Positions 28,952 through 38,048 of a stretch of DNA of 64,000 bases are shown piece after piece. The stretch covers positions 32,001-96,000 of IMG/VR virus record IMGVR_UViG_3300040856_003054. One strand, 5' to 3'. This DNA comes from a virus. Position 1 is the first letter of the stretch. Each line of letters begins with the position of its first letter. The notes under the pieces were generated by a model. It did no database searches. It was not told where the DNA came from and was given only the letters and a program-made list of their open reading frames with translations. Made by a program: the position numbers and the translations under genes.

Positions 28952-28990
28952 GTATAAATAGTATTGCGAACTCAATTTAGAAGCAGAACT

Positions 28991-29638
28991 ATGGTAAATT
29001 CTAATAGGTTTTATACCTACGCATATTTGCGTGAGGACAAAACTCCTTACTATGTTGGTAAAGGTAGTGGGGATAGAGCATATAAAAGAAATAGGAAAGG
29101 CATTAAACCACCAAAAGATAAATCAAGAATAATTTTTCTAAAACAAAATATAACCGAAGAAGAAGCATTTAAGCACGAAATCTATATGATTGATGTGTTT
29201 GGTAGAAAAGATTTGGGGACAGGTATTCTCATCAATAAAACTGATGGTGGAGATGGTGCTTCTGGTGCTATAAGAAGTGAAAAATTTAAAAGAAATGTAA
29301 GTCAAGTAAAAACAGGAAATAAAAATATGTTAGGTAAAACTCTTTCAGAAGAAACTAAACAAAAAATAAGTGAAGGGAATAAAGGTAAAATTCCTCATAA
29401 TAAGGGTAAATCGCATTCTGAAGAAACTAAAAGAAAACAAAGTGAAGCAAAGAAAGGTAAAAAAAATTATCTTTCCAAATTGTGGAAAATAACTAAAATT
29501 ACTGGTGAAGAAATTTTAGTATGGGGATTATATGGTTGGGGTAAAGAAAATAATTATCATCATAATGGTTTGTATAGTGTATATACGGGGAAATATAAAA
29601 AGCATAAAGATGTTATAAAAGTTGAAGTTGTGGGATGA
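28991..29638 (+). CDS. Free-standing GIY-YIG homing endonuclease with NUMOD3
   Basis: FYTYAYLREDKTPYYVGKG. Start moved to the AGAACT-ATG shared with its paralogues. Confidence 0.85.
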   Translation: MVNSNRFYTYAYLREDKTPYYVGKGSGDRAYKRNRKGIKPPKDKSRIIFLKQNITEEEAFKHEIYMIDVFGRKDLGTGILINKTDGGDGASGAIRSEKFKRNVSQVKTGNKNMLGKTLSEETKQKISEGNKGKIPHNKGKSHSEETKRKQSEAKKGKKNYLSKLWKITKITGEEILVWGLYGWGKENNYHHNGLYSVYTGKYKKHKDVIKVEVVG

Positions 29639-29695
29639 GGACACTTGAATAACTGGCACAAGAGGGCATCCAGAGGGTCTGTGATGCCCTATGAT
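29639..29695 (+). promoter_or_regulatory. Palindrome-type early promoter
   Basis: GGACACTT-GAAT-AACTGGCAC, hairpin AGGGCATC/GATGCCCT, TATGAT. Confidence 0.7.
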
Positions 29696-29723
29696 AGTAG
29701 GACAAACAAAGGAGGAACTCCAA

Positions 29724-29879
29724 ATGACTGAACTTCAAACAAAAGTTTTCAATGCTGTCAAATCAGGAACTACCGATGAAGAAAAGACATTTCTTGCTAT
29801 TGACGCATTGAGAATGTGGTATTATGAGCAGGGATATTTTGCTCGTGCTTATAGTCTTGAATCGGAGAACCCACAATGA
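29724..29879 (+). CDS. Hypothetical protein
   Basis: AGGAGG RBS. Confidence 0.6.
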   Translation: MTELQTKVFNAVKSGTTDEEKTFLAIDALRMWYYEQGYFARAYSLESENPQ

Positions 29880-30178
29880 TTGGATCAAATATGTTTAACA
29901 AAATTAAAAATGGATTTTATTGGTATAATAATGCTTTTCAATCTTGGAAAGAATTAATGGTCATTGATAAAAATAATACAGAAAAAATTAAAATCCTTTC
30001 AGACCATATTTTTAGCAATATGAATATTATGACTGGATCTATGAAAGTTTCTAGTAAGGATTGGAAAGAAAAATATATTGCAGAGACAGAATTAAGAAAT
30101 AAAGTGTTTCAAGAACAAGTAGTTCAAAAAATTGAAGCCAATAAGAATATCTCGACAAATGAAACTCACAAGAAATGA
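29876..30178 (+). CDS. Hypothetical protein
   Basis: ATGA overlap. Confidence 0.55.
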   Translation: MIGSNMFNKIKNGFYWYNNAFQSWKELMVIDKNNTEKIKILSDHIFSNMNIMTGSMKVSSKDWKEKYIAETELRNKVFQEQVVQKIEANKNISTNETHKK

Positions 30179-30474
30179 TAATGATTGATGTATCTTCTCT
30201 TTCCTATGAGGAAGTCCAAAACTTGGAAAAACAAATTAAAGAATACTATGAGTCCAGAAAAGGACTTCGTGGTTATAAGGTGACTTTCTGTGTCCTTTAT
30301 AATCCAAAAAATCACGAAGAAGATATGCTTGTGAATGTAGAGGATTTTGATGAATGGTTGGTAGATGCTATTCCCGACCAAATTATGGGTCCTTTCAACC
30401 TCAAAAACCCAGAAGAAGTGTTTTTGAAGTCGGTTGAAATTATGAACGATAAAGAAATTGAGGTATTCCAATGA
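30175..30474 (+). CDS. Hypothetical protein
   Basis: ATGA overlap. Confidence 0.6.
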   Translation: MIMIDVSSLSYEEVQNLEKQIKEYYESRKGLRGYKVTFCVLYNPKNHEEDMLVNVEDFDEWLVDAIPDQIMGPFNLKNPEEVFLKSVEIMNDKEIEVFQ

Positions 30475-30670
30475 CTAAATGTATTCGTGACGGAAAACTT
30501 GCCCTTATGTAAAATACGAAGAGATTGAAAAGTGAGTATTCTTGAAGATTTTAGAACTTGGTTGTGGATTATGAAAAATAACTATAATCCACATATGAGT
30601 GAATATTTTTTCAATCGTGTTGGTTCTAACCTTCCAGAACAAACATTTATAAAAGCAGAGGAGATTGAAA

Positions 30671-30826
30671 ATGATTGAAATCAAAAAATCTTATGTCTTG
30701 GAACTAACAGAACAACAAGCAAAAGAACTCTATTGGATTTTGAGAGATGTAGATTTAGAAACTGATAATACACTAAATCTTGTTCATAACGAACTAAAAA
30801 AATTATTTGATACGGGGGTACGATGA
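30671..30826 (+). CDS. Small protein (51 aa, paralogue of 31202; not in the ORF track)
   Basis: MIEIKKSY.L.LTEQQAKELY...HNELKKLFDTGVR; GAGGAG RBS. Confidence 0.7.
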   Translation: MIEIKKSYVLELTEQQAKELYWILRDVDLETDNTLNLVHNELKKLFDTGVR

Positions 30827-31038
30827 CTGAACAAAAACTTATTGAACTCTGGGGAGATGGAAGTGAGTTTGGAATGAATACTCTTGGTGCTGGTGTTATG
30901 ACTGGTGCTCTCAATAATGCCTTTCGTGAGGTTGCTGTAAAGTTTGCTCAACGAGTTGCTGAAATTGAATATGAAAGAGGTTATAATGATGGATGGGGTA
31001 GAGAAAAATATTCTGGACTTGTAGGAGACCCACAATGA
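30823..31038 (+). CDS. Hypothetical protein
   Basis: ATGA overlap. Confidence 0.6.
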   Translation: MTEQKLIELWGDGSEFGMNTLGAGVMTGALNNAFREVAVKFAQRVAEIEYERGYNDGWGREKYSGLVGDPQ

Positions 31039-31201
31039 CCCTTGTAGCAATCTTTCACCATCACTCTCAAAATCTTCCTATTGTAATGGAAGTATCTTCA
31101 ACTGAAAAGTTTCGTGATTGTTGCGATACAATTCCAACTGATTGGGCATACCTGATGAATAAAGAAACTGGAGAAATTACATACACTTATAGGAATAAAC
31201 T

Positions 31202-31372
31202 ATGATTGAAGTCCAAAAGAATTACAAAATTACATTCACCGAAGACCAAGCACGACAACTCTATCGTCTTTTACAATCATCATCAAAAGAATTCTCATAT
31301 GGGGAACGATTTGATGAACTGGGATTTCTTCACGATGAACTACAAAAACTATTTGATACGGGGATACGATGA
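31202..31372 (+). CDS. Small protein (56 aa, paralogue of 30671; not in the ORF track)
   Basis: MIEVQKNY.I.FTEDQARQLY...HDELQKLFDTGIR. Confidence 0.7.
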   Translation: MIEVQKNYKITFTEDQARQLYRLLQSSSKEFSYGERFDELGFLHDELQKLFDTGIR

Positions 31373-31716
31373 AAGTTTATTCACTCTATAATAAAGAAAA
31401 AACATTTCTGGGAGCATTTCCTTCTAGAGATATGTGTGTAACTTATGCAAAGGTTCTACATCCTAATGCAGATGGTTGGGACTACGACATCCTTGAAGAG
31501 TATTTGAATAGGACACCTTATCAAATGTATACTCCTCCTTATACTACACCTAATACTATTCCTTGCGTTTCTCCTAATTCCACAAAGATTGTTCATAACT
31601 CTCATCCTAATGACCCAAAACCTCATTTTGATACTTATGGTGGAGTGAAAGCAGAACCTTATAAAGATGTGAGTTTAAGTTGGTATGGAGGTTATAGGGA
31701 CCATTTGGGATTATGA
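31369..31716 (+). CDS. Hypothetical protein
   Basis: ATGA overlap. Confidence 0.6.
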   Translation: MKVYSLYNKEKTFLGAFPSRDMCVTYAKVLHPNADGWDYDILEEYLNRTPYQMYTPPYTTPNTIPCVSPNSTKIVHNSHPNDPKPHFDTYGGVKAEPYKDVSLSWYGGYRDHLGL

Positions 31717-32003
31717 ACGAAACACTTAATAAGAACCTCACACTCATTCAAGAGGTTGCTACAAAGGCACTTGAAGAACACAAGAATTCCACAGAACGAT
31801 TTGGTGGTGTAAATTATGCTAACTTACGAGTGGTGGATGTATGGGTGAAGTATAGTATTCACGAAGAGGATTTGGAGTATGGTGTGTTGATTGAAGAATG
31901 CTCACCAACTGCTCACGATTTGGAGAGTTATATGGTATTATATCTTGTAGAAAATCTTCCCAAACACTTGGGATTGAATATAGCAGTGGAGTTGGATTGG
32001 TAA
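31713..32003 (+). CDS. Hypothetical protein
   Basis: ATGA overlap. Confidence 0.65.
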   Translation: MNETLNKNLTLIQEVATKALEEHKNSTERFGGVNYANLRVVDVWVKYSIHEEDLEYGVLIEECSPTAHDLESYMVLYLVENLPKHLGLNIAVELDW

Positions 32004-32158
32004 TGACTAATACCCAAAAAGCATTAGAACGAGTTATTATTGAACTTGATAGTTGGTGTGATAATTGGACTCCCACATCTTATAATGACCCTCGCATCAG
32101 TTTGAGACAGATTGCTGACCGTGCCCGTAATGTTTTAGAACAGGAGAAAAATGACTGA
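32003..32158 (+). CDS. Hypothetical protein
   Basis: TAATG overlap; GGAG RBS. Confidence 0.55.
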   Translation: MTNTQKALERVIIELDSWCDNWTPTSYNDPRISLRQIADRARNVLEQEKND

Positions 32159-32597
32159 CTTTCAACCAAAACCACAACATCCCGAAGAAGTTGCCGATGG
32201 ACTTCGTAATGCTTTTAGACAAGCAAAGAAAGATGGTGTGATGGATGCTACTCCTTATATTAAACAAATGACTTATAAAACTGATATTGAAAAAACTGAA
32301 AAAGAAATTGTTGTCTTACAAAAGAAACTTGACCTCCTCAAAGAGATTGAGACACATAAATCTCAACCAAGAATGTATTTTGAACTTGGTGGTAAATTTG
32401 AGATTGTCTCTTATAATGGTGAGAATTATTATCGTCTGGAATATCCAACTGTTGTTATTTGGTATAAGAAAAAGAAACCTGATGCATACCGTTTGATTGC
32501 TGATGGTATGATGCTGGTTCGTATTACTGATGGTGAAACTCATCGTCTTCTTGAAGGACTTTGGTTTAATGAGGTGCGAAAGGGAAATTATGTCTGA
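32151..32597 (+). CDS. Hypothetical protein (shares a domain with 33580)
   Basis: C-terminal YNG..Y.R...TD.ET...LEGLWFN.V module. Confidence 0.65.
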   Translation: MTDFQPKPQHPEEVADGLRNAFRQAKKDGVMDATPYIKQMTYKTDIEKTEKEIVVLQKKLDLLKEIETHKSQPRMYFELGGKFEIVSYNGENYYRLEYPTVVIWYKKKKPDAYRLIADGMMLVRITDGETHRLLEGLWFNEVRKGNYV

Positions 32598-33156
32598 ACC
32601 ATTAAATCATAAATTGGATGTAAGTAAAATCAAAACACTCACAGATGTAAAGAATGTCTTTGAGTGTATGAATTTGTACTCTTATGCTGATGAAGACCAC
32701 GAAAAGTATGAACTTCTCAAAGAATACTTCACACTTCCAAATGAACCACAAGAACTCAAACTTGAACTACCACGCAAATCTTTGGAAGAAATCTCACAAG
32801 AATTTAATGAGAAGATTGATAAACAGATTGAGGATGTAGAATATAAGTTTGAACAACTGAAATATCGTCAAGAGTATCAGTTTAGTAAAAAGATTACCAG
32901 GATTATTGAGGATATTGAGTATGCTCGTGAGAATGGGAGACCCAGAGAAAAATCCACATTGGTTATGAACCATGATTCTCTTTCTGCGAATAGTTATGTT
33001 TCATCTAATTTTGTAATCAAATCAGGTGGTGAAGAAGTTGGATATTATACATTCGGTTCGGGATATTTTAGATATTATAAAAGAGATAAACCGAATTTTA
33101 TAGTGCGTTTTTGTATGAATAAACTTTTAGATTTTAGGTGGGTGGATGAGAAATGA
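32590..33156 (+). CDS. Hypothetical protein
   Basis: Long ORF in the operon. Confidence 0.65.
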   Translation: MSEPLNHKLDVSKIKTLTDVKNVFECMNLYSYADEDHEKYELLKEYFTLPNEPQELKLELPRKSLEEISQEFNEKIDKQIEDVEYKFEQLKYRQEYQFSKKITRIIEDIEYARENGRPREKSTLVMNHDSLSANSYVSSNFVIKSGGEEVGYYTFGSGYFRYYKRDKPNFIVRFCMNKLLDFRWVDEK

Positions 33157-33441
33157 CTTATCCATCTTATTGTTGCCCTAAATGCGGAGAACAGATAGGA
33201 TATATTGGAAGATTTTTTCAGTTTATTCGTATTCCATTACATCGGTGTAAGAAGAAACCTTATAAAGTCAAGGTGGGAAACTTTATTGTAAATGTAAAAT
33301 GACTAAAATCCTACTCAAAATTCTTAAGTTCTTCTTCTCAAATGAACGGGAAGTTTCTCCCGGTGTTTTTTACTTGGGTGGATATCTTTATGAGAACCGA
33401 AATAAACCAACAACACCACCACCACTCAAATTGAAGAAGAG

Positions 33442-33498
33442 AGACACTTGACGAACTGGCACAGGAGCATCCCACAGGTGCTCCTTTTGCCTTATAAT
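33442..33498 (+). promoter_or_regulatory. Palindrome-type early promoter with terminator-like spacer hairpin
   Basis: AGACACTT-GACG-AACTGGCAC, AGGAGCAT/GTGCTCCT-TTT, TATAAT at 33493. Confidence 0.75.
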
Positions 33499-33579
33499 GA
33501 CTTCATACACACAGAAACCTTCCGTATTCCTTTTCCAACTCCTGGAACTAAATGTCCTGAAACTAAACTTGAAATTAAA

Positions 33580-34206
33580 ATGACTGACAAAATCACACTT
33601 GAACTGACAATTGAAGAACTCAAACTGCTTGATAAGTATGTTGAGTATGGTGAGGAAACAAAAGAGCTGTTTGATAAAGTCAAGCAAGCATATCCTCAAC
33701 CAAAAATGGAATATCAACAATCTGGAACTGTTGATAAGGTAGAGTATAATGGTCATACCTATCTTCGTATTGATTATGATAATGATAGTTGGTTTGGTGG
33801 TGTTTGGTGGAAACAAACTATTGAACGACACAAATGTCCTATGAATATCGTTACCGATGATGAAACCAGAAACATCTTGGAAGGTCTGTGGTTCAATCAG
33901 GTAAAGAAAGGTGTGATTGATGAACCAGAGCATTATGATGAAGTAGAGTGGGACGAGAAAGATAATCCAAAACCTATGGATGATGTGGTGAATAGGTTAA
34001 TTGAGAAACATAAATCTCAAAAACTCTGGAATATTTTGTCAAACAAATATGATTATATTTCAGCAACTTGTGATGATATTGTATCCGCAGTAGAAGAATG
34101 GTTGCCTGAACCACAATCTGCCGAAGGATCACAAAATGTAGATACTGAACTACTTGTTGATGGTTTCAACGATTGTGTGCGGAAAATGAAGGAGATGTTG
34201 AGATGA
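33580..34206 (+). CDS. Mosaic hypothetical protein
   Basis: First in-frame ATG after the promoter; shares the LEGLWFN module with 32151. Confidence 0.65.
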   Translation: MTDKITLELTIEELKLLDKYVEYGEETKELFDKVKQAYPQPKMEYQQSGTVDKVEYNGHTYLRIDYDNDSWFGGVWWKQTIERHKCPMNIVTDDETRNILEGLWFNQVKKGVIDEPEHYDEVEWDEKDNPKPMDDVVNRLIEKHKSQKLWNILSNKYDYISATCDDIVSAVEEWLPEPQSAEGSQNVDTELLVDGFNDCVRKMKEMLR

Positions 34207-34430
34207 GATACAATCCAGCAGATTGGGACACCTATTCTTCAAAGCAAAGAAAAGAATGGTATTATAAACCATATGAAGAACAACGAGAGATTATAAACAA
34301 ATCATATCTCTCACTGATTACTGACGAAACTGGTAATCTTGATACTATAAAAATCCTTGAACTCATTATGGATTTACAAGACCGAGTAGAAGACCTTGAA
34401 ATAGAATGTGTGAGGAAGGATTATTATTGA
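34203..34430 (+). CDS. Hypothetical protein
   Basis: AGGAG RBS; ATGA overlap. Confidence 0.6.
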   Translation: MRYNPADWDTYSSKQRKEWYYKPYEEQREIINKSYLSLITDETGNLDTIKILELIMDLQDRVEDLEIECVRKDYY

Positions 34431-34612
34431 TGACTAAACGCAACTTTACGCAAGAACTCTATTATTCCTATTATGAGGATATGGAGGATGGTAGAACAAC
34501 TGAAACGATTGATTATGCTGCTTTGATTGGTATTATCGCAGAGTTGTGTGATAGAATAGAGCAACTTGAAAAAGACAACAACCTCTTAAAATCCTACGCA
34601 TGGGAACAATGA
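34430..34612 (+). CDS. Hypothetical protein
   Basis: TGATG overlap; L.DR.E.LE motif shared with its neighbours. Confidence 0.6.
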   Translation: MTKRNFTQELYYSYYEDMEDGRTTETIDYAALIGIIAELCDRIEQLEKDNNLLKSYAWEQ

Positions 34613-34842
34613 CGAAACTATCACTCAAATGGAAACAAATCTTTGATGAAATCTCAACAGCAGATGAACATGTTGTTGGAAAAATCAATTACTATAACCT
34701 TGCTAGTATCTTGGAAGATTTGTATGTAGAAAATGCTGAACTCAAAGAACGAGTAGAAGCACTTGAAAAAGATAAGAACCAATGGTATCATCCAGAGAGT
34801 AGTGTAGCAATAAACAAAACTTACACTGATGGTTTGCTATGA
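34609..34842 (+). CDS. Hypothetical protein
   Basis: ATGA overlap. Confidence 0.6.
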   Translation: MTKLSLKWKQIFDEISTADEHVVGKINYYNLASILEDLYVENAELKERVEALEKDKNQWYHPESSVAINKTYTDGLL

Positions 34843-35066
34843 CTGAAGAAGACAAGTATGCTCTCAAAGAGTTTCTGCGTGGTGCTGGTGCATTTCTTCT
34901 TGCCTCTGCTGTCTTTCTTGCTTACTTTGCATCTGGTGATAAACCAATCAATGAAGCATCATTTGAAGTGGTTGATAAGTATGATAATCGTTGTAATGTA
35001 ATACGATATACTCCTAATAATTCTGCACGATATGTTTATTTCTTGGATTGTTCATCTAAATACTAA
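34839..35066 (+). CDS. Small membrane protein
   Basis: TM plus FEVVD.Y...C.VIRY.P......YFLDC. Confidence 0.7.
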   Translation: MTEEDKYALKEFLRGAGAFLLASAVFLAYFASGDKPINEASFEVVDKYDNRCNVIRYTPNNSARYVYFLDCSSKY

Positions 35067-35067
35067 T

Positions 35068-35118
35068 GCCTTAACTGACCGCAATCTGTAAGGTGGGAGG
35101 AGAGAAATCTCCTCCTTT
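35068..35118 (+). ncRNA. Putative endonuclease-associated antisense sRNA, copy 4 (identical to copy 1)
   Basis: TAAATA at 35057; 35067-35190 identical to 19865-19988; TATAAATA at 35123. Confidence 0.65.
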
Positions 35119-35158
35119 GTAATATAAATACTAATGCGGTTAGTTTAAGAGTAGAACT

Positions 35159-35854
35159 ATGGTAAATCCATATAGATTTTATACCTATGCTTATTTGCGT
35201 GAGGATGGAACTCCCTATTACATAGGCAAAGGTAAAGAAAATAGAGCATATAAGAAAGTTAAGGGTGAAGTTGGAAAACCAACTGACAAATCAAGAATAA
35301 TTTTTCTCAAACAAAATCTAACTGAAGAAGAAGCATTTAGACATGAAATCTACATGATTGCTGTGTTTGGGAGAATTGATTTGGGAACTGGCATTCTTCG
35401 CAATAAAACTGATGGTGGTGAAGGTTCTACTGGATTAAAAATGTCCGATGAAAGTAAACAAAAGATAAGTAAAATTCATAAAGGTAAAACTCTTTCTGAA
35501 AAACATAAACAAATACTTGAAAAACATAGAGTTAAAAAACATTCCAAACAAACTATAGAAAAACTAAAAAAATCAAAAATAGGAAATAAATGGAATGTTG
35601 GAAGAAAACTTTCAGAAGAACATAAAGAAAAAATAAGAAAATGGAACTTGAATAAAATTGTTAGTGAAGAAACTAAAATAAAAATAAGTCAGTCAAAAAA
35701 AGGAAAACCTCAAAGTGAAAATCAAAAAGAAGCAATTAAAATGTTATGTCAAAAAGTAAGAGGAACAAAATGGTGGAATGATGGGCAAATCAACAAAAGA
35801 AGTGTAGAATGTCCTGGTGATGGTTGGAATTTGGGTAGAGTTAGGTTGTCATAA
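35159..35854 (+). CDS. Free-standing GIY-YIG homing endonuclease with NUMOD3
   Basis: FYTYAYLREDGTPYYIGKG; C-terminal KWWNDG...PGDGW..GR module. Confidence 0.85.
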   Translation: MVNPYRFYTYAYLREDGTPYYIGKGKENRAYKKVKGEVGKPTDKSRIIFLKQNLTEEEAFRHEIYMIAVFGRIDLGTGILRNKTDGGEGSTGLKMSDESKQKISKIHKGKTLSEKHKQILEKHRVKKHSKQTIEKLKKSKIGNKWNVGRKLSEEHKEKIRKWNLNKIVSEETKIKISQSKKGKPQSENQKEAIKMLCQKVRGTKWWNDGQINKRSVECPGDGWNLGRVRLS

Positions 35855-35912
35855 GGACACTTTACAAACTGGCACGGGGGCACTTGAAAACAGGTGCCTT
35901 TTGTTGTATAAT
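35855..35912 (+). promoter_or_regulatory. Palindrome-type early promoter with terminator-like spacer hairpin
   Basis: GGACACTT-TACA-AACTGGCAC, GGCACTTG/CAGGTGCC-TTTT, TATAAT at 35907. Confidence 0.75.
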
Positions 35913-35934
35913 GACTTTATGAAACAAAAATCTT

Positions 35935-36528
35935 ATGACTGATAATCTCCCAGTTCCTGATGATTTGCCTTATTTAAATCTATCTCAAAGTGAATTGGAT
36001 GAATTGAGAAAATCAAAGAAAGAATTAACGGAATATGGTAAACAGAAGTTGAGAGAACTTATCTACAAAGAGGATATGCGAAAAATGGAAGATGCCGCAA
36101 AAGACCTTGTTCATAAAAATCTTACACACGAAGAGATGACCACAGGAGAACTTATGGACACTGAAAAGTTCCAAGAAGAACTTTCTGAACAGAAAGTATT
36201 TGATGCCGATAAGTTTGCGGAGGAAAATAGTATGGTAAGAAATCATCGTATCCTTGACCGATATAACATGTTCTACAATACTGAATGTTCTGGTCTCACT
36301 TGGGGTACACATATCACACCAGAGTTTCAACAGGCAATGGCATTAGAGTGTATGCTTGATGCGTTGAGGTATGAGAACTTTAACCATGAGTTTGATGTTG
36401 TTTCTACTGCTGACATCAATGCACTGATTGATGGATTGTATCAACAAGGTAAAGATTATCTGGAACGAGTGAAGACACTTCAACAACCGTCACAAGAGAG
36501 CACCAAAACTGATTTGGATGCTCTATAA
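35935..36528 (+). CDS. Hypothetical protein
   Basis: ORF after the promoter. Confidence 0.65.
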   Translation: MTDNLPVPDDLPYLNLSQSELDELRKSKKELTEYGKQKLRELIYKEDMRKMEDAAKDLVHKNLTHEEMTTGELMDTEKFQEELSEQKVFDADKFAEENSMVRNHRILDRYNMFYNTECSGLTWGTHITPEFQQAMALECMLDALRYENFNHEFDVVSTADINALIDGLYQQGKDYLERVKTLQQPSQESTKTDLDAL

Positions 36529-36529
36529 T
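36473..36529 (+). promoter_or_regulatory. Palindrome-type early promoter
   Basis: AGACACTT-CAAC-AACCGTCAC, hairpin AGAGCA-CCAAA/TTTGG-A-TGCTCT, TATAAT at 36524. Confidence 0.7.
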
Positions 36530-36552
36530 AGTATTATACACAATCAACCACA

Positions 36553-36810
36553 ATGATTTCTCCTTACAATGTAGTTCCTGGAACTGATATTGTTCATAGC
36601 ATCACTGATTGTTATGAACTCTGTGATGAAGCAGAAGGATGCACTCACACTGTAAAACTTAATGCGGATAATGGTGGTGTTTACTTGGAATCAATAGGAA
36701 AGCAACACGATAGTGAGCACAGAGGTATCACTGAATATATGACTATCTCAAACAAAGAACTTGCTATAGTAGTCGCAAAAAGGATTTTGGAATTGTACAA
36801 CGCAGTATAA
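36553..36810 (+). CDS. Hypothetical protein
   Basis: ORF after the promoter. Confidence 0.65.
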   Translation: MISPYNVVPGTDIVHSITDCYELCDEAEGCTHTVKLNADNGGVYLESIGKQHDSEHRGITEYMTISNKELAIVVAKRILELYNAV

Positions 36811-36818
36811 ATAAAAAT

Positions 36819-36877
36819 GTCTGTTTGGACTGCAATCTCTACGGACAAGATTAGGTGCTCTTTGGGGCACCTTTTCT
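36819..36877 (+). ncRNA. Putative endonuclease-associated antisense sRNA, copy 5
   Basis: TATAAATA at 36806; stem TGTCTGT/ACGGACA; TCTGTTTGGACTGCA complementary to leader TGCAGTCCAAATAGA; terminator AGGTGCTC-TTTG-GGGCACCT-TTT; TATAAATA at 36890. Confidence 0.7.
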
Positions 36878-36922
36878 ATTATAAAGTTTTATAAATAATA
36901 ATGCAGTCCAAATAGAATAGAA

Positions 36923-37744
36923 ATGACTAATCATAGTCCTAGAATTTATGTGTATAAAATCACATTTGAAGAAGTTCCTTATTATTACTATGGAGTCCAT
37001 AAGGAAAATAAGTTTGATGAATACTATATGGGTTCTCCTTATACTCATAAATGGGTTTGGGATTTTTATACACCTAAAAAACAAATACTTCAACTTTTTG
37101 AGTTTAGTGATGAAGGTTGGTCAGAAGCAAACGAAATAGAACAAAGATTGATTAGACCTGTATTCAATACAGATAAATGGTGTCTCAACGAAAATTGTGG
37201 TAGAGTAGTTTCTCTTAATATCTTAAGGGAAAATGGTAAAAAAGTTAGTGAAAAATATTCAAGTATAAATGGTAAAAAGAATGGAAAAAAATCTTATGAA
37301 CTTGGATTAGGAATTCACGGAAGAACCAAGGAGCAAAGAACTGAAGATTGTGGTAAAGGTGGGAAAATAATGGGAGAAAAACATAAAAAAGATGGAACTG
37401 GAATTTTTGCAATTACTTCAGAAGAAAGAACTGAAATCGGTAAAAGAATGGGAAAAATAAATTATGAACTTGGTATTGGTGTTCACGGAAGAACCAAAGA
37501 AAAAATGACCGAAGATGGGAAAAAGGGAGGTAAAATCACAGCAGAAAATCATAAAAGAAATAAAACAGGAATTTTTGGAATAGATGACGAACAAAAAAGA
37601 AAAAATAGTATAAAAGGTGGTAGAAGGACATCCTCTCAAAAATGGATGTGCCTTGAAACTGGTTATGTTAGTAATGCTGGTGGACTTTCTCATTATCAAA
37701 AGAAAAGAAATATAGACACATCTAAAAGAGTTAGAATATCATAA
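36923..37744 (+). CDS. Free-standing GIY-YIG (Seg-like) homing endonuclease
   Basis: IYVYKITF...YYYYGVH...YMGS; C-terminus like that of 21286. Confidence 0.8.
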   Translation: MTNHSPRIYVYKITFEEVPYYYYGVHKENKFDEYYMGSPYTHKWVWDFYTPKKQILQLFEFSDEGWSEANEIEQRLIRPVFNTDKWCLNENCGRVVSLNILRENGKKVSEKYSSINGKKNGKKSYELGLGIHGRTKEQRTEDCGKGGKIMGEKHKKDGTGIFAITSEERTEIGKRMGKINYELGIGVHGRTKEKMTEDGKKGGKITAENHKRNKTGIFGIDDEQKRKNSIKGGRRTSSQKWMCLETGYVSNAGGLSHYQKKRNIDTSKRVRIS

Positions 37745-37802
37745 GGACACTTCTCAAACTGGAACAAGGGCACTTGAACTCAGGTGCCTTTTCTTGTATA
37801 AT
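37745..37802 (+). promoter_or_regulatory. Palindrome-type early promoter with terminator-like spacer hairpin
   Basis: GGACACTT-CTCA-AACTGGAAC, GGCACTTGA/TCAGGTGCC-TTTT, TATAAT at 37797. Confidence 0.75.
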
Positions 37803-37823
37803 GACTTCATACGCAACAAACTG

Positions 37824-38048
37824 ATGAAGTGTAAAACTTGTAAACACTGGAATGGAAACTCACTAGGTATTGGAACTTGTAGTGGTCTTATTCCACAATT
37901 CAAGATTATTCCACTACCCCCTGTGATTGATAAGAAAGGAAACCCACAGAAGAAGAGCAAATTACTTCAAGTGCGTTCTGGAGTCAGTGGTGTGAATAAT
38001 CCTATGACTCCTGCTGATTTTTATTGTAAAAACTGGAGCAACAAATGA
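37824..38048 (+). CDS. Small Cys-rich protein
   Basis: CKTCKHW...C...T..DFYC..W. Confidence 0.65.
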   Translation: MKCKTCKHWNGNSLGIGTCSGLIPQFKIIPLPPVIDKKGNPQKKSKLLQVRSGVSGVNNPMTPADFYCKNWSNK

